This document shows positions 33,401 to 39,635 of a DNA stretch of 39,635 nt, one piece after another. Every line of letters begins with the position of its first letter. The stretch's first letter is position 1. The position numbers and the translations under genes are program-made. The DNA comes from a virus (Duplodnaviria > Caudoviricetes): positions 1 through 39,635 of IMG/VR virus record IMGVR_UViG_3300043403_000123, one strand, 5' to 3'. Below the pieces are notes generated by a model. It had not been told where the DNA came from. It saw only the letters and a program-made list of their open reading frames with translations, and made no database searches.

Positions 33401-33865
33401 AGTAAATTCTGCATCAATCAGCCTGCGGTAATTAATCCGGCAAGGGTTGCGGCCTGGTATTGCCCAATAAAGCAGGTCGCCTACGGTATCTATATTATGT
33501 ACCCAATAATCTTCCGTTAAGCCCAAACCGGTTTCAAAATCAGCATCTTCCGCTATTTTGGTTACCGTGCTATCGGTGGAAAGCAGGTATATTCCATGCT
33601 CACCAAGGCTGTTCCATACAAAAAATATGATTTCGTTGGTAAACGGATTCAGGTGGTTGCCCCGGCACTTGTTTGTTCCTGTTGATGGCAAAGCATTGGT
33701 TTCAATAGCCTGGGTACCTTCTATCAGTTGAAGCAGGTTGTACTTGCCACTCCTGCTTACACCAATACGCATGTTACTGAGCGCCACATACTCGTTTGGC
33801 GCAACAAGTTCCGGCGTATCATCTGCATTTAGCAGCCCGTTAAACTGATGTTCGGCTATTGTCAT
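30434..33865 (-). CDS. Tail nozzle/stabilisation protein (crAss muzzle or P22 gp10-like, 1143 aa)
   Basis: N-terminal F.GLLNADDTPELV.PNEY..LSNMRI, beta-propeller-like repeats and C-terminal EGKQYADI..GREMRG. It lies between ring and ejection genes. Confidence 0.75.
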   Translation of the reverse strand: MTIAEHQFNGLLNADDTPELVAPNEYVALSNMRIGVSRSGKYNLLQLIEGTQAIETNALPSTGTNKCRGNHLNPFTNEIIFFVWNSLGEHGIYLLSTDSTVTKIAEDADFETGLGLTEDYWVHNIDTVGDLLYWAIPGRNPCRINYRRLIDAEFTLPMAEPVYTLIRKPPAYPVTATKVVAADLTPPIVLLSNQVDDKAYRIALQYIYKDNEESTLSPHSKVVSYNVDAAPEDILEIKVPLTEKIAEDVKQLRLIAITLPDETYNEIKVWDTVTDVSEISDHNDGTTALTYYYAADKIGPAIDKVQAVKPFDNVPRETGTHEIAKDRLFLSDNLIGYDTPGTTSLDISITSADAGPLEDVMVAGTYYFTYTTADGETIELPLPYQPTLTGFTVDVTDKQFTLTGADIISGELRFNLAGSYAKDRVSPFILTMFIDGISVAETQFGNINTGSDTSYLGFTHEFSAPIDINTGQVLTFEIRQESGTASWNLILASPTTISIGRRTVSLSSEPNSLKSNMPYGAGNVFYDKWLRQCGVVTNNERLITAARNAYGNAGIDPQLVAWTLSNANALTEIPEWAAYYMPVMTKAPGSFLQHYADEIRYVPSKDSGIADFSPTYQSYTPTTYAIAISLKELYATGYGYQFSEGDIVYAWFETGTASFVAEAIGQIGEYILVKPTDMGAFSSTRYCIYEIRTPAQQTDFYYETGTLYKINNPGTDIRAYSVTGGILPGDVYLLSQTFDSAARTYEAMSPSVKNWKRWITNAGRAQVVDPIGETYKPTGICFSNVYLYGSKNNGLSSFEVLNQDQLPLSLSRVRKLILTNKPQEEGTVLMAMGEAGRDTVSIYIGEAELNDVNGQVFLAKSNNVIGQVNALRGNYGTNHPESVGQEAGLLIWLDVAKGTVVQYASNGLQPVGRNKADSFWRKWCKRYIATGSTEPIPACIDVVTEQYLIKTPWLSDEPCKTGDFYSEAERMTCYQIGESKWSNASNIPAEAILVRDNLLISWYKGKPHTHDGTNYCWIYDRHVTPSITLAVNGGNQYSTKLYNWIELICQARPVKVVMEVTYPDLQHTELYAANFETIEGKQYADIMCDMWTPGMAAGTAVFDGREMRGRVMLLTINWAGGEGRRVDLAGAFIGLQESVGHTV

Positions 33866-33871
33866 TTACCG

Positions 33872-34627
33872 TTATGATTTTGCTGTACTGTGGTGCTCTC
33901 TCCTGAATATCCGCAAATAATCTTCGGCACTCATAGGTGTTAATCTTGCCCGTAAATGCCTAAGTTCATTGTAATACATACGTTCTTCGTCCTTGGCCTC
34001 ACCCTTGGAGTAATGCCGGGCATGCTCTTTCATCTGCCAAACTACATACTGTTCTATTGTGGCTTGCGCTGCTGCGGGTATCCTGGTAAGGTTGTTTGGC
34101 TCGTTTACACTTGGTAGGTAATCCATTACAATCCATGATCCGGCACGTTCCGCGCTTACCTGCAGCACATTCCTTTCCTCAATTATTTCAAACACATCTG
34201 TTTCGTACCCGGCACCAAAGCCATATACGCCACCTAAGTTTTCCCCAAACTCGTTGGTATTGGCAAGCCATCCGCTTAACCATCCATAAGGGCCCCCATA
34301 AGTGCCATTTTCAGGAACATATGGTATGGGGTTACCATCGCCGTCCTGCTGCAGCTTCCGGTAAAAGCCTTTTCCCTGCACCATTGGCCTTACATGCTGC
34401 CCGTTTGGTAAGCCTACCCTTAGCCACCTTTCGTAATTGTTGGGTAGCGGTATTTGGCCGTACTCGTCTGCCTGTGCCAATAGGGTATCTACCGTTTTAA
34501 TGGTGTGGTAACTTAGTTCCCTTACGCAATCGGTGGCATACTTCATAAACTGCAGGTACCAATGGTAGCTGTACCCGCGCCTGAGTAGTACGCTGTTTAC
34601 TATGGTATCAATGGTTACGTGCTGCAT
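33872..34627 (-). CDS. Tail ring/adaptor protein (251 aa)
   Basis: Helix-beta-helix adaptor layout (VTIDTIV..LPNNY..VMDY..RIP..AQATIEQY) directly upstream of the nozzle. Confidence 0.65.
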   Translation of the reverse strand: MQHVTIDTIVNSVLLRRGYSYHWYLQFMKYATDCVRELSYHTIKTVDTLLAQADEYGQIPLPNNYERWLRVGLPNGQHVRPMVQGKGFYRKLQQDGDGNPIPYVPENGTYGGPYGWLSGWLANTNEFGENLGGVYGFGAGYETDVFEIIEERNVLQVSAERAGSWIVMDYLPSVNEPNNLTRIPAAAQATIEQYVVWQMKEHARHYSKGEAKDEERMYYNELRHLRARLTPMSAEDYLRIFRREHHSTAKS

Positions 34628-34630
34628 TTA

Positions 34631-35257
34631 TTATACTTTATTATCTGTTAGCAGGTCGTTGTCCTTGTTGGCCGGTATATGTGGCGCAAACCTTTCAAAT
34701 AGTTTATCCACTATGGCCAATTCAATATCCTGTGTAATGGGTATGGGTTCGGTATCGCTTACCCCGCTTATGTCGGCTAAAAACATCTGGCAGGTAAGGG
34801 TATCCTGGGTAATTACCTTTTTAAACTTCACATTCCCACCAATAACCTCAAATACTATAATGGTACCCAAATCGCTTAAAAAGGGTTGGCTGTCAAGCAT
34901 CATCATTTGCCCCGGCAGGGCCGGGATAAACCGCAATAGCGGTTCTGTTTCGTCCATTATGGCGAATACCCCCATACCCCTTGGTAAGCCTATTGGCCTT
35001 GCCGGTAGTTCCGCTGTGCTGGTATTGGCTCCATGTGTAACCGGGATGGTAAAGGTGGCAAGCATCAGCCCATCAGGTATGGTTTCCCCGGTTGGTAAGG
35101 TCTGGTTAAAATAACCCGCCTTCATTTCGGCTGCAGCTATTTGGGGTATCATGGCAATCAGGTCACGAATATCAACCTTTGTGGAAAGGTCGGGCCTGCC
35201 GCCTTTTATCCGCAACAATACCTGTTCTGCTATGCTATATTTAGTTGTGTATGCCAT
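34631..35257 (-). CDS. Tail ring/adaptor protein (208 aa)
   Basis: Adaptor-like layout (AELPARPI.LP..PIPI..ELAIV..DK.ND) in the ring gene cluster. Confidence 0.6.
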   Translation of the reverse strand: MAYTTKYSIAEQVLLRIKGGRPDLSTKVDIRDLIAMIPQIAAAEMKAGYFNQTLPTGETIPDGLMLATFTIPVTHGANTSTAELPARPIGLPRGMGVFAIMDETEPLLRFIPALPGQMMMLDSQPFLSDLGTIIVFEVIGGNVKFKKVITQDTLTCQMFLADISGVSDTEPIPITQDIELAIVDKLFERFAPHIPANKDNDLLTDNKV

Positions 35258-35982
35258 TATGGGTACTGTTTAGCAAGTGCCGGTGCTGCCGTTGCCATTC
35301 CTGCCGGTTTTTTCTTTTTTACCAGGTTGGCAAGTGCTGGAATATTTGTATCTATGTTTAATTCCTTTCCATCGTAAGTCGGGTCATAGTATTGGCCTTT
35401 ATTGTCTTTCCATCCTGCGTTTATGGTTGGTGCCATATCTTCCCATGTAAACTTATCCATGGTTTCGGCACTATTTTCTGAAAGCCCATTATTAAAGTTA
35501 GCCTGCTGCGATCTTACCCTTGTAAAATCTTCGTAGTCCTTGCCAAGTGTAGCCTTTATCTCGTCTTTGCTTAGTCCTATATCCCTGCCATGTTCAAACA
35601 ATACCCTGTGTCTTGCCTGGGAGTTGTTTGTAACTGCGTCTTGCTGCAGGTTTTGTAGCAAGGGTTGAATTTTAGAATAGGCTTCCGGGTTTTTATCTTT
35701 TAGCTTTTCTACCAGCTTACCCCTCCAATAGTTCATTTTTGCCCCATCGTTTATAGGTGCAAACTTTTCTGCCGGGTCGTCCGCTTTAGCGGGTACGGGT
35801 GCCGGCCCTGTAAGTATGCCTGCCAATTTTTGCAAAACCGGGTTATCGCCGCCCTTGCCTGTTTTCACGTAATTATATATAGCATCAAGCACTTCCGGCT
35901 TGTAATCCTTAACCGGTTTGCCTGCATCCATATCTTCTACAATTCTTTTAAATGCCTTGGGTACGTCTTTATTTTCTGGCAT
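35257..35982 (-). CDS. Hypothetical protein inserted among ring genes (241 aa), possibly internal virion cargo
   Basis: Translationally coupled ORF, Lys/Ala/Pro-rich and helical, with no recognised motif. Confidence 0.55.
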   Translation of the reverse strand: MPENKDVPKAFKRIVEDMDAGKPVKDYKPEVLDAIYNYVKTGKGGDNPVLQKLAGILTGPAPVPAKADDPAEKFAPINDGAKMNYWRGKLVEKLKDKNPEAYSKIQPLLQNLQQDAVTNNSQARHRVLFEHGRDIGLSKDEIKATLGKDYEDFTRVRSQQANFNNGLSENSAETMDKFTWEDMAPTINAGWKDNKGQYYDPTYDGKELNIDTNIPALANLVKKKKPAGMATAAPALAKQYP

Positions 35983-35985
35983 GGC

Positions 35986-36657
35986 TTATATTTTTACTGG
36001 TGAAGTTTGATTTTGAACGGTTTTTTCATTGGCATACTGCACTATCTCCGGTTGTTTCAGGTTTACCCCAAGTAATTCAAGTGCTTTCATCAATACCGGG
36101 TTCATGTAGCTATCTGCCCACTGTGGATTCGTGCTTGTATTCGGGTCGTGGGTTTCTACCGTTCCGCTTGCTGTGTAGGAATAAAATGGCTTTACCGGTG
36201 TGCTAAGGTAATTAAGGGTAACCGTGTACACTGCTGTTTTTGGGTACACCTGTATGCCTGCTTTCTTTAAAACGGCAATTGGCTTTTGGTTGGTTACCGG
36301 CCTTACCTGGCTGCTCAGTGCATCGCCCAATTCATCCGATTTGTAAAGTTTGAGTGCCGTAACAAAGTTTTGCAGCAACTCATTATCATAATAGTTAGCC
36401 ATAGCCCCGGTTGCATGCTCGTATCCGGAAGGATAAGCCACATAACCTGTTGCATTGGTGGTTAGGTCAGTTTCCTCCCTGAAAGGCTTTAGCGCCTCAT
36501 GCACATATTGGGTTTGTAAAAATTCGGCAAAATAGGTAGCAAATACCCCTAACTGTGCGTTATGGATAGCAGTGTCCTTCTTCCCCCTGCTGAAAAACCC
36601 TGTCCGGGTTTTCTTTAGCATGAAGTCCAACCAGTCATGTGCTTCCTTTATGGTCAT
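35986..36657 (-). CDS. Head-tail adaptor/ring protein (223 aa)
   Basis: MTIKE.H..L.K...GF....D.AI.NAQ..LKPF..YLSTP.KP..ALELLGVNL is the pattern of Bacteroidota podophage portal-proximal ring proteins. Confidence 0.65.
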   Translation of the reverse strand: MTIKEAHDWLDFMLKKTRTGFFSRGKKDTAIHNAQLGVFATYFAEFLQTQYVHEALKPFREETDLTTNATGYVAYPSGYEHATGAMANYYDNELLQNFVTALKLYKSDELGDALSSQVRPVTNQKPIAVLKKAGIQVYPKTAVYTVTLNYLSTPVKPFYSYTASGTVETHDPNTSTNPQWADSYMNPVLMKALELLGVNLKQPEIVQYANEKTVQNQTSPVKI

Positions 36658-37253
36658 AGCTTACCAATTATATATTTTTCCTTAACCAAACATATATCAT
36701 CCCCGTAATGGCTTTTCAGGTTATAATGCTGTACCAATTCAGGGATCACCAATATCTTATCACCGGGCTTGTATTCGCTTTGTGGGCTTACGTGCAATAT
36801 TTCCAGGATGGTATTGCTTTTTTGGGTAGCAAACTGCTCGGGTACCACCAATATGCTGCTTTTAAATGTTTCAACTTCGGTTCGCTTGGCTATAAGCAAC
36901 CCTTTGGGCACCAGCAAACTACCACCTTTGTCAAGGGCTACTACCTGGTAACCGGCCACAAACCATTCAGTTTTGCCACCCGGTAGCATAATTTCGTTAA
37001 AATGCTTCCGTTGCCCGTCAATGGCATCGCCCTCTGCCACTACATCGTACCGGAAAAACATGGTATCACCTACCTGTGCCCCAAGATCATCATTTTGAGG
37101 TACGAAAGTTATCGTACCTGCAAGGGTTGCCTTTTCCTGGTGTTCTATCCATGTGTCCTGAAATAGTTTTACGCCGCTATCAAACGTAATCGTCTGCTGA
37201 TAGCGGCTTTCTATTCCTACCCGGTATTGATACAGTCGGCCTTCTCTGTCCAT
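36654..37253 (-). CDS. Tandem GroES-like (co-chaperonin) protein (about 199 aa)
   Basis: Two GroES-like repeats: SGVKL..GTITFVP..VGDTMFF and SSILVVP..KPGDKILV..GDDICLVKEKYIIGKL. The start at 37253 (MDREG) is preferred because the longer start crosses an operator site. Confidence 0.6.
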   Translation of the reverse strand: MDREGRLYQYRVGIESRYQQTITFDSGVKLFQDTWIEHQEKATLAGTITFVPQNDDLGAQVGDTMFFRYDVVAEGDAIDGQRKHFNEIMLPGGKTEWFVAGYQVVALDKGGSLLVPKGLLIAKRTEVETFKSSILVVPEQFATQKSNTILEILHVSPQSEYKPGDKILVIPELVQHYNLKSHYGDDICLVKEKYIIGKL

Positions 37254-37259
37254 GGTGTA

Positions 37260-37274
37260 GTTATATGGTTTAAC
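37260..37274. promoter_or_regulatory. Operator-like site GTTATA-TGG-TTTAAC (1 mismatch)
   Basis: 6 nt upstream of the GroES-like ATG at the head of the structural operon. Confidence 0.6.
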
Positions 37275-37316
37275 CAACACCAAAAATAAAACCATTGTAA
37301 GTAATACGGCAAAAAA

Positions 37317-37595
37317 TTATTTTCGGGGGCCTGCACCGTCTAAAAGCCAGGCATAATTAACCCCAAAATGCTTGCGAATCTGCTTTAAAGCGAAAATATT
37401 GGGGGTAAAAGATCGAACTTCAATCTGTTTTATATAACTTTCGGTAAGGGTTAATTTTTCAGCAAACTCCTTTTGGGTTAGTGCAGATTCAAGACGGACA
37501 AGTTTAAACCTATCGCAAATATCAAGGTGCGACATAGGCATTTCGCTGTTCTTTTTGCCCATTCCTGCTGGTTTCTTTGTGGGCTTATTTTCCAT
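37317..37595 (-). CDS. XRE/Cro-CI family helix-turn-helix regulator
   Basis: RFKLVRLESALTQKEFAEKLTLTESYIKQIE..TPN..L..I..HFGVNYAWLLDGAG is a canonical HTH_3 signature. Confidence 0.88.
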   Translation of the reverse strand: MENKPTKKPAGMGKKNSEMPMSHLDICDRFKLVRLESALTQKEFAEKLTLTESYIKQIEVRSFTPNIFALKQIRKHFGVNYAWLLDGAGPRK

Positions 37596-37651
37596 GTTTT
37601 GCGTTTATGTAGCAAACTTGCAACTTTTTTTTATTCTTTTTGTAATATTTA

Positions 37652-37684
37652 TTTGGAAATATCGGGTTAAACCTTTTAACTTTG
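37652..37684 (+). promoter_or_regulatory. Bacteroidota primary-sigma promoter (-33 TTTG, -7 TAACTTTG) overlapped by operator GTTAAA-CCT-TTTAAC (37666-37680)
   Basis: TTTG at 37652-37655, a 21-nt spacer and TAACTTTG at 37677-37684 match the TTTG-N19-21-TAnnTTTG consensus. The ATG at 37689 implies a near-leaderless mRNA. Confidence 0.7.
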
Positions 37685-37688
37685 GTGC

Positions 37689-37910
37689 ATGAAAATAGAA
37701 ATAGAATCTGTTGAAAGGCCATCAACGGAAGCGGGGCTTTCTTTTTGCGGATGGAAAGTTTCGCAAGGTGACAAATGTGCCAACAATCTTAGTTTTGATG
37801 AAATGCTGGGGCTTGTTGCGGCTCTTACAATGCCCGAAATAAAACCACAAATTAACTGGTTAAGAACCGAAAAGCAGCATCGAAGCGATGAATTTACCTT
37901 TGAATTTTAA
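37689..37910 (+). CDS. Hypothetical protein (73 aa)
   Basis: First ORF after the divergent promoter. Confidence 0.6.
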   Translation: MKIEIESVERPSTEAGLSFCGWKVSQGDKCANNLSFDEMLGLVAALTMPEIKPQINWLRTEKQHRSDEFTFEF

Positions 37911-37929
37911 AATAGTTAAACTGTTTAAC
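37895..37929 (+). promoter_or_regulatory. Putative -7 element TACCTTTG (37895-37902) followed by operator GTTAAA-CTG-TTTAAC (37915-37929)
   Basis: Perfect palindrome copy in the 29-nt intergenic gap. The -7 consensus lies just upstream, but there is no clear -33. Confidence 0.6.
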
Positions 37930-37939
37930 CACTATAAAT

Positions 37940-38173
37940 ATGGACTTAAAAAACGATTATCTGGAAGTAGTTATTATCCCGGTCAAAACACCGTCAGGGA
38001 TTGAAATTCCCCACCCCCGGTTTGTAACCTTTTACACCGTCAACGGTCCGGAAGGTATGGTTGGAAACAAATACCTGGCTGAGCCCGGTAACTTGTTTGC
38101 AATGATTGATAAGCATTATATAAAGCTGGATCATGTACTTGGCGAAGTAGAAAACGAAACTGCAGTAAGGTGA
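37940..38173 (+). CDS. Hypothetical protein (77 aa)
   Basis: ORF with an AT-rich leader, coupled (GTGA) to the next gene. Confidence 0.6.
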   Translation: MDLKNDYLEVVIIPVKTPSGIEIPHPRFVTFYTVNGPEGMVGNKYLAEPGNLFAMIDKHYIKLDHVLGEVENETAVR

Positions 38174-38586
38174 AAAAGGGTAATATTTCGGAAGCGGATT
38201 TTATTGAACTGATTAAAAGCAGCAAGGTTGCCCACCTTAATAACCTGGATGGCCTTGCTAAAAAACCGGATAAAAAGAAGCACAAGTTTAAGGCTATTCC
38301 TGTTGAACGGGATGGTATAAAGTTTGACAGCACAAAAGAAGCTAACCGGTACCTGGAATTAAAGTTTATGGAAAAGCATGGGCAAATTACCGATCTGAAA
38401 CTGCAGGTGCCTTTTGAACTTAATGAAGGCGGCAGCCACCCGGTAAAGTACATAGCCGATTTTACTTACAATGATCAGGATGGGGCCTATGTAGTAGAGG
38501 ATAGCAAGGGGTTTAAGACTAGGGAGTATTTGAAAAAGAAAAGGCTGATGGTGAAGATGTGGGGGGTGAAGGTGAAGGAGACGTAG
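38170..38586 (+). CDS. DUF1064-family PD-(D/E)XK-type nuclease
   Basis: DGIKFDSTKEANRY..L.LQVPFEL..KYIADFTY..VVEDSKGFKTREY..KKRLM. Confidence 0.85.
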   Translation: MKKGNISEADFIELIKSSKVAHLNNLDGLAKKPDKKKHKFKAIPVERDGIKFDSTKEANRYLELKFMEKHGQITDLKLQVPFELNEGGSHPVKYIADFTYNDQDGAYVVEDSKGFKTREYLKKKRLMVKMWGVKVKET

Positions 38587-38712
38587 CGGTTCTCGGCTTT
38601 GTGCAAGTGGGGATTTGGAACACGAAAGTTTCAATTCAGCACAAAAGCCGATTAGAATTACTGCTGTTGAATTTAGCACGTCAGCCCCACTTGCGTAAAG
38701 CATTTGTTAGTG
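38581..38712 (+). mobile_element. attC-like recombination site 1 (132 bp)
   Basis: Degenerate R'' ACGTAGC overlapping the DUF1064 stop, inverted arms GCTTTGTGCAAGTGGGG (38596-38612) / CCCCACTTGCGTAAAGC (38685-38701), and R' GTTAGTG (38706-38712). Confidence 0.6.
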
Positions 38713-38769
38713 GCTGCCGTTTTCACGATAAAACTTCTGGGCGGAGTTATAAAACCCACAAATAAAAAA

Positions 38770-39264
38770 ATGAGTGTATCAGTAGAAATGCCAAAGTACA
38801 AAAGCCACAAAGAAGTATGGGCTTTAAAAATTAAATCCATTGTTAGAGATGGGGAAGGTGAAAATCGTGAAAGCGATGGAAGTTCAATTATTACTCCCGA
38901 AGAAAAAGGTTATGCACCTTTTAGAGTTGAGGGTGATTATTTGCATAAGCACAAACCACAAGTAGGAGGTTATTATGTAGTTTACAAAGATGGCTACAAA
39001 TCATTTTCACCTGCCAAAGCATTTGAAGAAGGGAATACTTTGATAAAAGAAAATTCTTTTTTCGACAGGATTCTAATTGAAGCACAAGAGTTGGCGACAA
39101 AAACAAACGCCTTAAATGACTTTATGAGAACACAAAAATTTGTTGACCTTGATAGGCAAAACAAAGATTTACTTTACAAACAGTCAAGATTAATGAACGA
39201 GTATTTACAAGTACTTGGGCAAAGAATTGAGTTACTTGGTGAAAAGTTTTCTTTCAAACAGTAA
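38770..39264 (+). CDS. Two-domain phage protein (GGYYVVYKDGYKSFSP domain + crAss001_48-like helical hairpin), candidate anti-defence protein
   Basis: Start at ATG 38770 after an A-rich leader (the track start at 38704 lies inside the attC-like site). The motifs were recognised from memory and the function is inferred. Confidence 0.6.
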   Translation: MSVSVEMPKYKSHKEVWALKIKSIVRDGEGENRESDGSSIITPEEKGYAPFRVEGDYLHKHKPQVGGYYVVYKDGYKSFSPAKAFEEGNTLIKENSFFDRILIEAQELATKTNALNDFMRTQKFVDLDRQNKDLLYKQSRLMNEYLQVLGQRIELLGEKFSFKQ

Positions 39265-39279
39265 CAATTAATTGTGGCT

Positions 39280-39306
39280 CGTAGGATGGCGGATTGCTGT
39301 CCTACG
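39280..39306 (+). terminator. Hairpin downstream of cassette gene (possible terminator/stabiliser)
   Basis: CGTAGGATGGC-GGATT-GCTGTCCTACG, an 11-bp stem with G-U pairs. There is no strong U tract. Confidence 0.4.
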
Positions 39307-39311
39307 GTTGC

Positions 39312-39443
39312 CACTAACGGAAAAGCATTGGCCGCAGTAGCCGAATTTATTAACCAAAAGTTTAATCACTTAATGAAGCCACATAGTACCATATCGTTCA
39401 ACACATGCACCACATCGGCTATTGAGCCAATGCAGTGTTATAC
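39312..39443 (+). mobile_element. attC-like recombination site 2 (132 bp)
   Basis: R'' CACTAAC (39312-39318), inverted arms GCATTGGCCGCAGTAGCCGA (39325-39344) / TCGGCTATTGAGCCAATGC (39415-39433) with a bulged base, and R' GTTATAC (39437-39443). Confidence 0.7.
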
Positions 39444-39485
39444 GATGTCGTCTGGCGGCTTTCTCAAACCCAAAAAAACCTTGAA

Positions 39486-39635
39486 ATGAAACATGGTAGC
39501 CTTTTTAGTGGGATTGGTGGATTTGACCTTGCAGCCGAATGGATGGGATGGGATAATATTTTTCATTGTGAGTGGAATGAGTTTGGACAAAAGGTTTTGA
39601 AATACTATTGGCCGGAAGCTGAATTATTTACGGAT
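39486..39635 (+). CDS. DNA (cytosine-5)-methyltransferase, N-terminal fragment (truncated by the window edge; absent from the ORF track)
   Basis: Hand translation MKHGSLFSGIGGFDLAAEWMGWDNIFHCEWNEFGQKVLKYYWPEAELFTD contains SAM-binding motif I (FSGIGG) and motif II (CE). Confidence 0.88.
   Translation, partial: MKHGSLFSGIGGFDLAAEWMGWDNIFHCEWNEFGQKVLKYYWPEAELFTD

Noticed and set aside
37317-37910. Classical CI/Cro lysogeny switch proving a temperate lifestyle
   Set aside because: The divergent layout is suggestive, but the XRE protein has no peptidase domain, the rightward ORF is not an HTH, and no integrase or att site is visible in the window.
38581-39443. CRISPR array or tRNA interpretation of the fold-back elements
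   Set aside because: There are no identical direct repeats with spacers and no cloverleaf or T-loop consensus.
39274-39489. 71-aa ORF between the cassette gene and the methyltransferase
   Set aside because: It coincides with the hairpin and attC-like site 2 and has no coding features, so it is better explained as structured non-coding DNA. The same applies to 38559-38765 and to the 38704 start extension.
1-39635. Stop-codon reassignment as seen in some crAss-like phages
   Set aside because: Genes, including a 14-kb ORF, are intact and tightly packed under the standard code, and TAA, TAG and TGA all serve as stops.

Overview
A 39.6-kb piece of a tailed dsDNA phage (or prophage) genome. The host is most likely Bacteroidota: TAnnTTTG-type promoters, Gln-ending signal peptides and a REP-like repeat point that way. 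Positions 1-37595 form one minus-strand virion operon resembling crAss-like/podovirus structural modules. In transcription order it holds an XRE regulator, a tandem GroES-like protein, ring/adaptor proteins, a tail nozzle, two small ejection proteins, a 4716-aa polyvalent protein, a putative TerS, TerL, portal, scaffold, major capsid protein, accessory structural proteins and a tail-fibre-like protein. From 37689 the genes switch to the plus strand: small ORFs, a DUF1064 nuclease, a candidate anti-defence protein and a truncated C5 cytosine methyltransferase. Five observations stand out. (1) Two 132-bp attC-like fold-back elements, with complementary GTT/AAC core sites, make the right end look like an integron-style cassette array inside a phage. 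(2) The enzymatic modules of the giant protein (4 zincin peptidases, 2 ADP-ribosyltransferases, a MuF-C RNase-like domain, LPD domains) are each bounded by a repeated FM[A/G/I/V] hinge, including one empty 9-aa module. (3) Six intergenic copies of the palindrome GTTAAA-N3-TTTAAC sit upstream of gene starts. (4) A 29-bp GNRA-hairpin direct repeat brackets the scaffold gene. (5) Tail-fibre-like proteins carry Sec signal peptides. All family assignments come from motif recognition by eye; no database search was run.
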